Source: Azolla caroliniana (lineage: Eukaryota; Plantae; Polypodiophyta). Taken from it: a DNA stretch of 64,000 bases. Positions 9,826 through 20,615 of the stretch are shown here, piece by piece. The notes under the pieces are model-generated. The model worked only from the letters and a program-made list of their open reading frames with translations. It had not been told where the DNA came from and did not search any database. The stretch covers positions 12,028,001-12,092,000 of the forward strand of contig JBHGNT010000008.1 of assembly GCA_043228905.1 (NCBI GenBank), read 5' to 3'. How positions within the stretch are numbered: the stretch's first letter is position 1; each line of letters begins with the position of its first letter. The position numbers and the translations under genes are program-made.

Positions 9826-10794
9826 ATGAGCTTTGCGGAGGTTGTGTGTGACAACTATGAAGGTCTTGTCAAAGAGAAGAGGAAAAGAACCGGTGAAGAA
9901 GATAGCGCATCAAAGCGTCACAATACGAGGAATGCAGGGAAAGAAGGACAAGCCCAACCTACGCCACGAAAAGAGATTGGAGAAACAAGCATGAAGCCCG
10001 ATGGATCGAGCCTACCTTCTCGAATAGAAGTCGATGAATCTGTGAAGAAAGGAAAAGAACGAGCGACGCCGACTTACAAGCTAAGGTCAGATATAGAACA
10101 AACAACCAACTTGCGGAAGGTCCTTGAGGAGAAGGTTTTAGACAGTCATGTTGACCTTACTTTGAGAGAGCTACTTGGGATCGCTAAGAAGGAGTTCCAC
10201 GATACTATTGTGGACTTGATTAAGCGGAAGAGGCAACAAGCGGATGAAGAGGAGGTGAAAACAAGTGCCATAATTATGGCAAGATTGGAAGAGGAGAAAG
10301 AAGAAGAAGTGATGGCAGACAACCATTACTCTTGGCCTCATTGGGCAAGAGCGACAACGGAGACGCCGGTGAAGATTAGGGAGAAGAAAGAGACCATGGT
10401 AGCTTTGATTGACCATGGTTCGGAGATTAACCTCATGTCGATTGAGGTCTACAAAAAGGGAAGATGGCTGATTAATACAGACCACAGGTGGAAGATTCGA
10501 GCGGCAGCGAAGGCCACGGAGGACTTGTACGGAGCTTGTCCCAATGTTAAAGTCATGATTGGGGATGTGGAGATGGATCAACACTTCTTCGTGCAAGAAT
10601 CGACTTCGCATCCTGTCATCATGGGTCAACCGTATATCACATCATCCCGGATGGAGACCAAGGTATTCGATAATGGAGTAGCCTTCGCGAGAATCAAGAG
10701 TCTAGAGAATCAAAGATCTGTTCAATTCCTAACAGTGCGAGCTAATCATGAAAGAAATCGAGATAGTCTTGGAGGCGAATCCCCGGATTTTTAG
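9826..10794 (+). pseudogene. gag: Gag C-terminus plus aspartic protease of B1
   Basis: ALIDHGSEINLM protease motif and VIMGQPY. Ends GGATTTTTAG. Confidence 0.75.
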
Positions 10795-10847
10795 AGCGGA
10801 CTATTGAAGCATGGGGCACAAATAGTCCGAGCGATCGCAAGTCCCCA
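10785..10847 (+). promoter_or_regulatory. Programmed -1 ribosomal frameshift signal (slippery GGATTTT plus H-type pseudoknot)
   Basis: G GAT TTT just before the stop. Stem CGGACTATT/AATAGTCCG; loop TGGGG can pair with downstream CCCCA. The -1 frame is open into pol. Confidence 0.75.
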
Positions 10848-13800
10848 GAAGGGAGTAGAGCGCATGGATTGCGAGGAGAAGCAACATGTGTCACACCTAG
10901 TGGCGCATGTAAACTAGTACTACCCAACAAGAAGGACAAGTGTCGGATACAAGACTTCAAGAAGATGCTGAAAGAAGAAAACATAATAGAAAAAGAAGAG
11001 TTCGTGACTCATATTATGGAAGAAACCTCATTTAACGACACCATCGGCGAAATTGAGGATGTCATGGACTTGAGCTATCTACACGATCATCGTGTGATTT
11101 CGGTTAGCTCCATCAACATGTACGCTATCATCGATGAATATCATCAAAACATCTTGATGAAGGAAGCTGACATCAACACAAAATATAAAACGGTGGATAG
11201 GAAGATCAAGCCAGTTGCGGTTCCGCTACCGGAACATAGCTGGCAAAAGATGAAGGAAGTCGCTAACGATCCAAGCTTAAGAGATCCAAAGACAATAGGT
11301 CATGTCTTCGCCGAAGAGACGAAGGGGAAGCTACAAGTTGGAAGGGAGGATTTCCTCCTCCCTAAAGAGGAGCGAATGTTTCGCGACATGCTTGAAAGAC
11401 ACGGGAAGGCTTTCACATTTTTCCCACAAGAAATTGGATGTGTTGATCCAAGGACAATAGAGCCGATGGTAATCTTCACGGTGCCACACGTGCCTTGGAA
11501 TTTGAAACCGATACCGGTTCCGAGAGCACACCTATCGAAGTTGATCGAGCTCTTAAAGGAGGTGGATATGAGAGTTTTAGAACCGTCGAATGCTCCCTAT
11601 TCTAATAGGTAGTTCACGGTACCGAAGAAGAATGGATCATTGTGATTCATCCAAGATCTTCAACCCATCAACAAGGTGACAATTCAAAATGCTGGAATTG
11701 GTCCGAGCGTGGACGAATTTGCTGAGGTGTTTGTGGGTCAGTCCATCTACTCCATTGATGATCTCTACTCCGGATATGACCAATTCCAGTTGACGATCGA
11801 CAATCGTGACATTACAACCATGAGGACTCCGATCGGGCTCGTGCGGATGTGTACCTTACCTCAAGGTGCAACGAACTCGGTGGCTCATATGGTGAATGCC
11901 ATGAACAAGGTCTTGAAGGATTGCATTTTGGACATCACGATGCCATTCTTGGATGATATTTCGATAAAAGGATGTTTGGATGAGGAGAAAGATGAATCGA
12001 AAGATAAGGAAGGGTGTAGAAAGTTCGTCGCAGATCATATGAAAGATTGCGAGAAGGTGCCCCAAAGGCTCGAAGATGCGAATTTGACATTTTCAAGAGA
12101 AAAATCCGCATTCGGGCAACCAGAGATCTTGGTGCTAGGTCACTTGTGCGGAGCATACGGTCGGAAGCCTTTGCCATACAAGGTGAACGCGATCCAGGAT
12201 ATGAAAGAAGAATGCGTAAACCAAACGGAGGTTCGAAGGTTCCTTAGAGCATGCGCGTTTTATCATATCTGGATTTCGCACTACACTCATGTCGTCGAGC
12301 CTTTATATGGATTGCTAAAGAAAAGAATGAAGTTCGAATGGTGAGACGAGCACACAAACGCGATGCGAAGATTGAAGAAACTACTTCTTTAAGCTCCAAG
12401 AAAGGCCGACTATACTAAAGGGAAGCCAATTTATGTGACTATAGATACGAGCCCAACCAGAATCGGGTGGGTCATCAACCAAGAAGGAGAAGATAATGCG
12501 CGGTATGTCATCCAGTTTGGAGCAAAGGTTCTCAGCGAACGACAACTAGGATATGCCCAAGACAAGCGGGAACTTTGGGGTATTGTGTCGGCAGTGAAGA
12601 CGGACAAAGACTACCTGATCGGGTCGGAAATGATAATTGAGACAGATTGTCTCCCAATCCTCGGGATGATCTCAGGATGTGCGACCGTAGATCTAGCTAT
12701 GCTAAGGTGGATCGCCTATATCAAGTCTTTAAGCCCAGAGATCCACCACATTGCAGGTAAGAAGAACACTATGGCTGACATGCTGTCGAGTGCAAGATTT
12801 GAGAATGAAGGTGACATGGTTTCGGAAGATGAAGACGTCACCCTCGACTTCTTCAAGATGGCTCGACTATCAACGGAAGACAAGGGCACGCTAACCCTCC
12901 ACGTCTTCAATGAGGACGAGTACGAAGGGGAGTGGTTACTAATCGACAGATTCCTAAGAACAATGACAACGGATGCTTCGTTGACGAAGGAGGAGGCCCT
13001 ATGAATCCGGAAGAAAGCTTACCAATACTTCTTGAAGGGAGTTTGACGACACCCAAAAAGAAGGACAGGAATACCACATCGAGTGGTGGTGAAGAAAGAA
13101 GAGCAAGTGACGCTAATGACCGAATTCCACGAGAGTGCCTGGGCAAGTCATAGAGGAACATGGGCGATGTTCGAGAAGTTGAAGGAGAAGTATTGGTGGC
13201 CAAGCATGTACAAAGATGTACTCCATTTCGTGTCCACATGCGAAACATGCCAAGCACATTCGAATATACGTCATCGTGATGAGCTACGACCGACATACCC
13301 GCTCACCATACACTTCAAATGGATGGTGGATCTGGGCTCAATGCCAATGGGAGTGGGGCAAATGAAGTACTTTGCTCTGGCAAGAGAAGACTTAACAAAT
13401 CAAGTGGAAGGACGGGCCTTGAAAAATAAGATGACGTTGGCTGTTTGCAAATTTCTACTCGAAGAGGTTGTCTGCTGATACGGATGTGTGGGAAAGATAG
13501 TCGCTGACCGAGGGGAACTAGATGCACATGAAGCAATGGAGCTTTTCGAACGACTAGGCATAAAGCTCTCCCTCACGACTGCCTACAATCCAAAAGCGAA
13601 TGGGAAGATTGAGCGAGGACATGGACCTGTTGTCAAAGCCATCGTACGAGCATGCAATGGTCGAGTCGGGAATTGGCCACGACTATTGCCCTATGCCTTA
13701 TGGGCTGACAGAACGACACATAGCTCGGTGACAGGGTAGATGCCAACGGAGCTTATGTATGGACAAAAGCCGGTAATGCCCATCGAAAGGACGATCACCT

Positions 13801-14274
13801 CATGGGTAGCAATACCATGGGAGAACGAGATGAGCTGAGAAGAGTTATTAGCGGCACGGATAAGGAAACTTGAAAGAAGACCTGAAGATCTAGAAAAAGC
13901 GCAAAAGATGATGGAGGCAGCTCGAGTGAAGAACACAATTCGGTTCAACAAGACGCATCGACTGCGTCCCAAGAAGATCGAAGAAGGAGATTGGGTATTG
14001 TTCTACGACAATAGCCTTGACAATCAACACAGTACAACAAGGAAGTTCGCAAGAAGATGGTTCGGACTGTATGTGGTGACAAGTGCCAACGATAATGCCA
14101 CATACCACCTTGCGGAGCTAGACGGATCAAGGTTGGCCGGTACCCATTGCGGGGAAAAGAGTAAAGATTTTCAAGAAAAGACAAGATGAGGATCCTGACC
14201 TCGATCACCTCGACGATGAAGATAATAGGACGGATGTGAATGAGGACGTGGAAGAATCTGATCGATCACCGTAG
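10785..14274 (+). pseudogene. pol: pol (RT-RH-INT) of B1, with multiple stops and frameshifts
   Basis: IQDLQPINKVT, DDLYSGYDQ, PFLDDI, ETDC, ADMLS, H..H..CETC, ADRGE, ANGKIERGH. Confidence 0.88.
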
Positions 14275-14337
14275 CCGAAATCTCGCACTCTCTCTTCTTG
14301 GCACGTACCAGAGGACGTGCGGTTTGGTGGGGGTGGA

Positions 14338-14847
14338 TGTCGTGAAGATTTTTGGCAACAGTGTGAAAATCGTGTGGAACAAACAAAATCGAGAAAGTGT
14401 AATGTGCACTCAAACATTTGTAAATAAAATAAGACTAAAGCCTAATAACCTTTGAATCCATATAAAGGAGTGCAAGCAAGGCTTGAACCTTGCACCTCCA
14501 TGATAAGAGACGAATTAACTTACCACTAAAGCCACTACTAAGTGCTTTAGATTTTTTATATTTTCTTTTCATATTCAATATTTCGTAGGAAGCAAACATA
14601 TAAAAACTGTGGGCACAAAACTATGGTTTTAGCCCGTGGTTTTAGCCCGTGGTTTTAGCCCATGGTTTTAGCCCATGGTTTTAGCCCATGGATTTTGCAT
14701 GGAGAGACCTATAAAAGCCTATAGTGGGGCTTGTGTAAGGGGCAAGTGATGTAAGTAAAAAATAAACTTTTAATCAAAGATCTGAGTTATCCTAATAGTG
14801 ATGTATCTTATTTCGTAAAACTAAAGTCAAGGGTTCAATCTCTATCT

Positions 14848-14881
<34 letters not shown>

Positions 14882-14986
14882 ATCTATCTATCTATCTTCA
14901 ATACTTTCTCTCTTACGTTGCTAAAAACATTGAATCCTTTCGGTCCAAGACCCTAGTGGTCCCGCTTCATTTCGCGAACGGGTACG
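14338..14986 (+). repeat. 3' LTR of B1 (right end truncated or unclear)
   Basis: Follows the PPT. Has CTATAAAA near 14709, a CT microsatellite, and the U5 motif GTCCAAGACC..GTGGTCC shared with the solo LTRs at 29023 and 42304. Confidence 0.7.
14624..14692 (+). repeat. 13-bp tandem repeat (GGTTTTAGCCCRT, about 5 copies) in the B1 LTR
   Basis: Directly visible. Confidence 0.9.
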
Positions 14987-15195
14987 AGGGGTTGTGGCCA
15001 TGGTCTGATGAGACACATAGTGGAATGTAGTAGACAAGATCTGGATTTCTTTGGGAGTGAATTTGCGTGTCTAGAATTCCTTGACCTGATTTGTGATATC
15101 CTCAGGTGTATCAAGGGTATCTTCAGTCATCACGTGGGTGATTTGGGGTTGTTTGTGCGTTGATGGGCATTCCCATTCGCCTTGGTGTACATGTC

Positions 15196-15990
15196 TTACG
15201 AAGTCATGTTGGGGATGCGGAGCCACTCGGGTTGACCTGGTACGATTATCTTGCGGTGTCGTTCGTGGTAGCGTATGAAGGGAGGGGCTGGAGGCCCGAT
15301 GTTGAACTTTGCGCACAGGTAACGAAAGAGGAACCACTCGAAATTGATTACCGATTTGGGCTGTGTTTTCCATCCTCTGATCCACCGAACAAGCTCATGA
15401 GCCCATTGGACTGGTTGAGGATCATGTGCCCACTTGAGGAACTCGCTGGTGATGCGTGCGGTGGCGTCGGTAGATGCGGTGTCGCTGATCTAAGCAATCA
15501 CGGTACAACGGCCGTGGAGGTGAGGGTGGATTTCGGTGTAACGCCAACCTTCGTGCCCAGAATATTCGGAGTAGGTGGCGGGGATAATGCCAGGGACGAC
15601 ACCAGGGGTCTTCATGGTGCGGAAGGGGATGCCATCCGTCGGCAAATGCAACATAGCGCAAATGTCGGCGACGGTGAACTGGGATTCAACGGAGGGGGTA
15701 TCCGCGAAGGCGTGCATATGAACATGTCTAGTATTGGGGTTGTACCCTACGAGGAACCGGTTGACTAGCTCGGGCAGTACACCCCACGAGCCAATCCCGA
15801 GGAAGAACTTGAGGCCGAGTCGGGAAAGAGTGTCGAACACGCCAGGTTCGAGGTACTTGAGCTGCGTGGTGGCCATGGGTACCCAGTAAGTACATCGGGT
15901 GTTGTTGAACTCAACCGGAATGACCAAGGAATCGCAATCGGCGTCGAGGTAGTACGCGTGGAGGAGTTTGATGAATTGAGTGGACACCAT
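15196..15990 (-). pseudogene. Accessory ORF with a plant-transposon/PMD-like domain (in-frame TAG at 15490)
   Basis: LVNRFLVGYN...FTVADICAMLHLPTDG...GWRY...VQWAHELVRWI. A splice acceptor-like site lies 10 nt before the ATG. Confidence 0.6.
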
Positions 15991-16149
15991 TGATTACAAC
16001 CTGCGGGGAAAAGGATTAATATAGTTAAATGGGGTGTACCAATTCGTGCGTATTGTATGGACCTATTGACAAGGATGATGAACTGTGGCGAGGTAGGATG
16101 GGGGTTTGAAGGGGTTGAGGAATCGATGGTGTTAGTGTGTAGGGCATCG

Positions 16150-16320
16150 CTCCTCGAACCGGTGAGGGGTTTGAGGAGTTAGTCTCCTCGAACCTCCTCG
16201 AACCGGGGTTAGGGGGTTCAAGGAGTAAGTCTCCTCGAATAGGTGAGAGGTTCAAGGAGTTGGACTCCTCAAACTGGTGGGGGGTGGGGGGTTCGAGGAG
16301 TTAGAATCCTCGAACAGGTG
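16150..16320. repeat. Array of about 4-5 hairpin units CTCCTCGAA...TTCGAGGAG
   Basis: Directly visible, period about 35-45 bp. Confidence 0.8.
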
Positions 16321-16366
16321 GTAAAGGAAAGCGATGAGGCCGCGTGTGAAGGGCCCTATAACTGCC

Positions 16367-17142
16367 TGTTGGGATTTCGGTCCCTCCGGATGGGATGTCC
16401 CCGGAGATAAATGACGGCAAGCCCGGTTGCGGTTACGGAACCGGACGATGAAGAGTACCCGGCATGAAGCCGGATGAAGTGTACCCGGATGCGGATCCGG
16501 ATGATGAAGAGTACCCGGATGCGGATCCGGATGATGAAGAGTACCCGGATGCGGATCCGGATGATGAAGAGTACCCGGATACGGATCCGGATGATGAAGA
16601 CCCCGGTTACGGAACCGGATGCTGAAGACCCCGACTACGGAGCCGGATGACGAATGTACCCGGAGAGAGATCCGGATGCGGGGACATATTTGTGAATATG
16701 TTTGCCAAGGGTCCTTGAGGCTATATTTGTAAATAGCCCGAAAGTCATATGTGTATAAATATGACTTAGGGCAAACAGTTTATGTTGCTACTCATTTTTC
16801 TGTTTTTCCACTTAAGAGGAGTGAAGAGGAAGCAGCCGAGAGAGAGAGAGAGAGATAGAGCGCGAGAGAGACGAAGAGGTAGACGCCTCTGTGTATTTCC
16901 GCCGCCTGTGGCGAGGACAGCGAGTTCAAGGTCGTTGCCTTGCAGCTCGCCATTGTATATTTCTCTGTGCATAGTTTGGTTTGGAGTCTCGCACTCCCGT
17001 GGTTTTTCCCGTATAGGGTTTTCCACGTTAATCCCTGTGTATCGCGTCTTTCTCTGTATTTCCTATTTTCTGCTGCATTGATCCGCGATTACTCGGTTGT
17101 GGCCGAGCGGAGAAGGTGAATCGAAGACGGTGATTCCCAACA
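16367..17142 (+). repeat. 5' LTR of E1, with ~30-bp CCGG-rich tandem repeats at about 16425-16680
   Basis: TGTTGGGA...TCCCAACA termini, TATAAAT near 16754, GA microsatellite. Confidence 0.93.
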
Positions 17143-17171
17143 AACTGGTATCAGAGCGACTGTTGCAGAAA

Positions 17172-20100
17172 ATGGAAGGCGGCGGCAGCGCACAGCCGAT
17201 GATGATGGTGCTGAATGCACAGAATTACGCCGACTGGAAGATCAAGATGGAGGATCTTTTGATTGTTCGGGACCTGTACGAACCGATTGACAGGTCGGAA
17301 ATACCGAAAGGGGTACTTGAGTCGGAGTGGAAGCTCCTGAACCGGAAAGCCGTAGCGACGATCCGACAATATGTCGATGTAAGCGTCCTACAACACGTGG
17401 CGAACGACACCAACGCATACGAGATGTGGAAGAAGCTGTCGGGCCTCTACGAGAGGAAGAATGCGTTGAACCGGACCTCCCTGATGAGGAAGATAGTGAA
17501 TCTCAAGTACCGGGACGGCGAGAGTATGGTGGAACACGTAAGCACGTTCATGGGATTCGTGAATCAGCTTGCGGCGATCAAGTTCCCGTTGGAGGATGCA
17601 ATGCAAGCCATCATCCTGATGTGTACATTGCCGGAAAGCTGGGAGAACTTGGTGGTGACTCTCAGCACCTCCTGCACCGAAGATAACTTGTCTCTACAAA
17701 CGGTAAAGACAAGTATTCTAAATGAAGAAGCGCGTCGGAGAGATAAGGAACCGGCCTCCGACTCGAAGGCGCTGCTTACCGAATCGGAACGGGGAAGACA
17801 ATGGAACCGGAGTCCGCAAAGACGGGAGAAGTCGGGGACCCGGTCGCAATCAAGAGGAAGACCCACATGCTTCCACTGTGGGAAGCCGGGGCACTTCCGG
17901 AAGAATTGTCGGCATTACCGAAAAGACAACGGAGCCGACGACACCGATTCGAAGAAGTCACCGGAGAGAAACGGTGCATACCGGGGAGCCACGGACCGGA
18001 GAGGTCCGGATCGGCGAGGGCAGGACCGGAAAGGAACGACAGCACTCGCGGCAAGTGAAGAAGAGATAATGCTCATTACCGAAGAGACGGAGCTGAACCT
18101 TGCCGGTGAGGAGATGACCTGGGTGGTCGATTCCGGAGCATCGTTCCATCTGACCCCGGAGAAGAAATACTTCTCATCCTACACAGCCGGTGAGCACGGC
18201 TGTGTCCGGATGGGAAATGAAGGTACATGCCGGATTGCCGGCATAGGAGACGTGTGGCTGATGACATCAACCGGATGCAAGATGCTGCTGAAGGATGTGC
18301 GACACGTTCCGGAGGTCCGATTGAACCTGATCTCGGCTGGGAGGCTAGATGATGAAGGCTACACGGGTAGCATCCGGAACGGTGTCATGAAGTTCAGCAA
18401 GGGGAGCCTGATAGTGGCTCGGGCCCGGAAGGTCAACACACTGTACCTGATGAATTCCCGGCTATGTCCGGAGGAGCTGAACGTGGCAGCCGACACTGCC
18501 GGTGAGCTGTGGCACAAGAGACTGTGCCACATGAGTGAGAAAGGGATGAAGAGGCTTGCAGAAGACAACCTTATTCCAGTGAAGCATGTGCACCTGGAGA
18601 AGTGCACCGATTGCCTGGCCGGTAAGCAGAACCGAACCTCTTTCCACTCAAGGCCACCGACGAGACGTGGCGCACCATTGGAGTTGGTGCACACTGATGT
18701 GTGTCAGGTAGAAACGAAGTCACATGGCGGAGCCCAGTACTTCGTAACCTTCATAGATGATCACAGCCGAAGACTGTGGACGGCACCGTTGAAGACAAAG
18801 GACCAAGTGTTGTCCGTCTTCAAAGAACTCCATGCAAGAGTGGAAAGAGAATCCGGCAAGAAGCTGAAAGCGATACGAGCGGATAACGGAGGGGAATACC
18901 GGGGGCAGTTCCAGGAGTACTGTCGCTCGAAGGGAATCCGACTCGAGTTTACTGTGCCGAAGACGCCGGAACTGAACGGGCTGGCCGAGAGGATGAACCG
19001 GACCATAATGGAGAGGGTCCGGAGTATGCTGGCGCATGCGAAATTACCCAAGGGATTTTGGGCTGAGGCAATGTCGACGGCGACATATGTGATAAATAGA
19101 TCACCCTCAGTACCTTTGGACGGAGACACGCCGCAGAGAGTGTGGACCGGTAGGGAAGTATCCTACCGGCATCTGAAGGTGTTCGGGTGTCTCGCATATG
19201 TGCATGTGGCAAAGGACCGGAGAGGAAAGCTAGATCCAAAGACCCGTCCATGCATATTCCTCGGTTACGGCGACGACGAGTTCGGCTACCGAGTATGGGA
19301 CCCGGTCGACAAGAAGATATTCAGGAGTCGTGATATCATCTTCATGGAGGACAAGACACTCGCCGACTGGGAGTCGGAGAAGAAGATGAAGAGCTCCAAG
19401 TCGACCGGTGAGAATCAACTCTACGAGGAGCAGTCCCGACCGGCAAGGGACCGGTTAGCACTCGAGGATCCGGCCGAAGACGGTGAAGAAACAGAACCGG
19501 CCGAAGAAGATGAAAATGATACCGGAACCGGCCCCGATCCCGAAATGGATTCGGATGAAGAAGAATCGGAAGAACCGGTTACCGAAGCTCCGGAACGGAG
19601 ATATCCTCTAAGAGAGAGAAGGGCCCCCCGGAGATTTCCGGAACCAGAGCACGTGCTGCTAACCGACGAGGGGGAGCCGGAGAGCTTTGAAGAAGCAAAG
19701 CATGACACCAAGAGCCGCAGGTGGTTGAGTGCCATGCAGGACGAGATGGATTCCCTGCATGAGAACCACACATATGAACTTGTGGAGTTGCCGAAAGGAA
19801 AGCGGGCACTTCGAAACAAGTGGGTGTTCAAGCTGAAACCGGGAGATGCCGGAAACCCCTCGAGATACAAAGCCAGGATCGTGGTGAAGGGGTTTCAGCA
19901 GAAGAAGGGCGTCGACTTCGACGAGATATTCGCCCCGGTAGTGAAGATGACCTCCATTCGGACGGTGCTGAGCATAGCGGCAAGCATGGACCTCGAGGTA
20001 GAACAGATGGACGTGAAGACGGCATTCCTTCACGGTGACCTCGAAGAAGAGATATACATGCAGCAACCGGAAGGATTCGAGAAGAAAGGGAAGGAGCACC

Positions 20101-20615
20101 TGGTATGCCGGTTGAAGAAGAGCCTTTACGGACTGAAGCAGGCTCCCCGGCAATGGTACCGGAAGTTCGACTCCTTCATGACCGACGAAGGGTACCTCAA
20201 AACGCAGTCCGACCACTGCGTGTTTGTGAAGAAGTTCGAAGGAGGAGACTTTCTAATACTCCTCCTGTACGTGGACGACATGTTGATCGTCGGACGGGAC
20301 CAGGTCAAGATACGGATGCTGAAGAAGGCTCTTCACCGAACCTTCTCAATGAAGGACCTGGGTCAGGCGAGGCAAATATTAGGGATGCACATCATCCGGG
20401 ACCGGAAGAAGAAGCAGTTGTGGCTGTCACAGGAGAAGTCTGTGGCGAGGACAGCGAGTTCAAGGTCGTTGCCTTGCAGCTCGCCATTGTATATTTCTCT
20501 GTGCATAGTTTGGTTTGGAGTCTCGCACTCCCGTGGTTTTTCCCGTATAGGGTTTTCCACGTTAATCCCTGTGTATCGCGTCTTTCTCTGTATTTCCTAT
20601 TTTCTGCTGCATTGA
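17172..20615 (+). CDS. gag-pol: Copia Gag-Pol (gag, zinc knuckle, PR, INT, partial RT). RNase H is lost and the C-terminus reads into LTR sequence
   Basis: CFHCGKPGHFRKNC, VDSGAS, LVHTDVC, DNGGEY, MDVKTAFLHG, LYVDDM. Homology to E2 stops at LSQEK (about 20440). Confidence 0.9.
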   Translation: MEGGGSAQPMMMVLNAQNYADWKIKMEDLLIVRDLYEPIDRSEIPKGVLESEWKLLNRKAVATIRQYVDVSVLQHVANDTNAYEMWKKLSGLYERKNALNRTSLMRKIVNLKYRDGESMVEHVSTFMGFVNQLAAIKFPLEDAMQAIILMCTLPESWENLVVTLSTSCTEDNLSLQTVKTSILNEEARRRDKEPASDSKALLTESERGRQWNRSPQRREKSGTRSQSRGRPTCFHCGKPGHFRKNCRHYRKDNGADDTDSKKSPERNGAYRGATDRRGPDRRGQDRKGTTALAASEEEIMLITEETELNLAGEEMTWVVDSGASFHLTPEKKYFSSYTAGEHGCVRMGNEGTCRIAGIGDVWLMTSTGCKMLLKDVRHVPEVRLNLISAGRLDDEGYTGSIRNGVMKFSKGSLIVARARKVNTLYLMNSRLCPEELNVAADTAGELWHKRLCHMSEKGMKRLAEDNLIPVKHVHLEKCTDCLAGKQNRTSFHSRPPTRRGAPLELVHTDVCQVETKSHGGAQYFVTFIDDHSRRLWTAPLKTKDQVLSVFKELHARVERESGKKLKAIRADNGGEYRGQFQEYCRSKGIRLEFTVPKTPELNGLAERMNRTIMERVRSMLAHAKLPKGFWAEAMSTATYVINRSPSVPLDGDTPQRVWTGREVSYRHLKVFGCLAYVHVAKDRRGKLDPKTRPCIFLGYGDDEFGYRVWDPVDKKIFRSRDIIFMEDKTLADWESEKKMKSSKSTGENQLYEEQSRPARDRLALEDPAEDGEETEPAEEDENDTGTGPDPEMDSDEEESEEPVTEAPERRYPLRERRAPRRFPEPEHVLLTDEGEPESFEEAKHDTKSRRWLSAMQDEMDSLHENHTYELVELPKGKRALRNKWVFKLKPGDAGNPSRYKARIVVKGFQQKKGVDFDEIFAPVVKMTSIRTVLSIAASMDLEVEQMDVKTAFLHGDLEEEIYMQQPEGFEKKGKEHLVCRLKKSLYGLKQAPRQWYRKFDSFMTDEGYLKTQSDHCVFVKKFEGGDFLILLLYVDDMLIVGRDQVKIRMLKKALHRTFSMKDLGQARQILGMHIIRDRKKKQLWLSQEKSVARTASSRSLPCSSPLYISLCIVWFGVSHSRGFSRIGFSTLIPVYRVFLCISYFLLH

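Larger units (their letters stand above)
9603..14986 (+). mobile_element. Ty3/gypsy family B copy 1, degenerate and 5'-truncated
   Basis: gag-PR, RT, RH and INT fragments in gypsy order, then a G-rich PPT at about 14326-14337 and an LTR starting TGTCGTGAAG. Confidence 0.85.

Noticed and set aside
16150-16320. CRISPR-like appearance of the hairpin array
   Set aside because: Eukaryotic TE context, spacers short and related to each other, no cas genes.
20430-20450. E1 deletion as a splicing product (GTACGT donor-like site at the breakpoint in E2)
   Set aside because: No AG acceptor at the LTR side of the junction.
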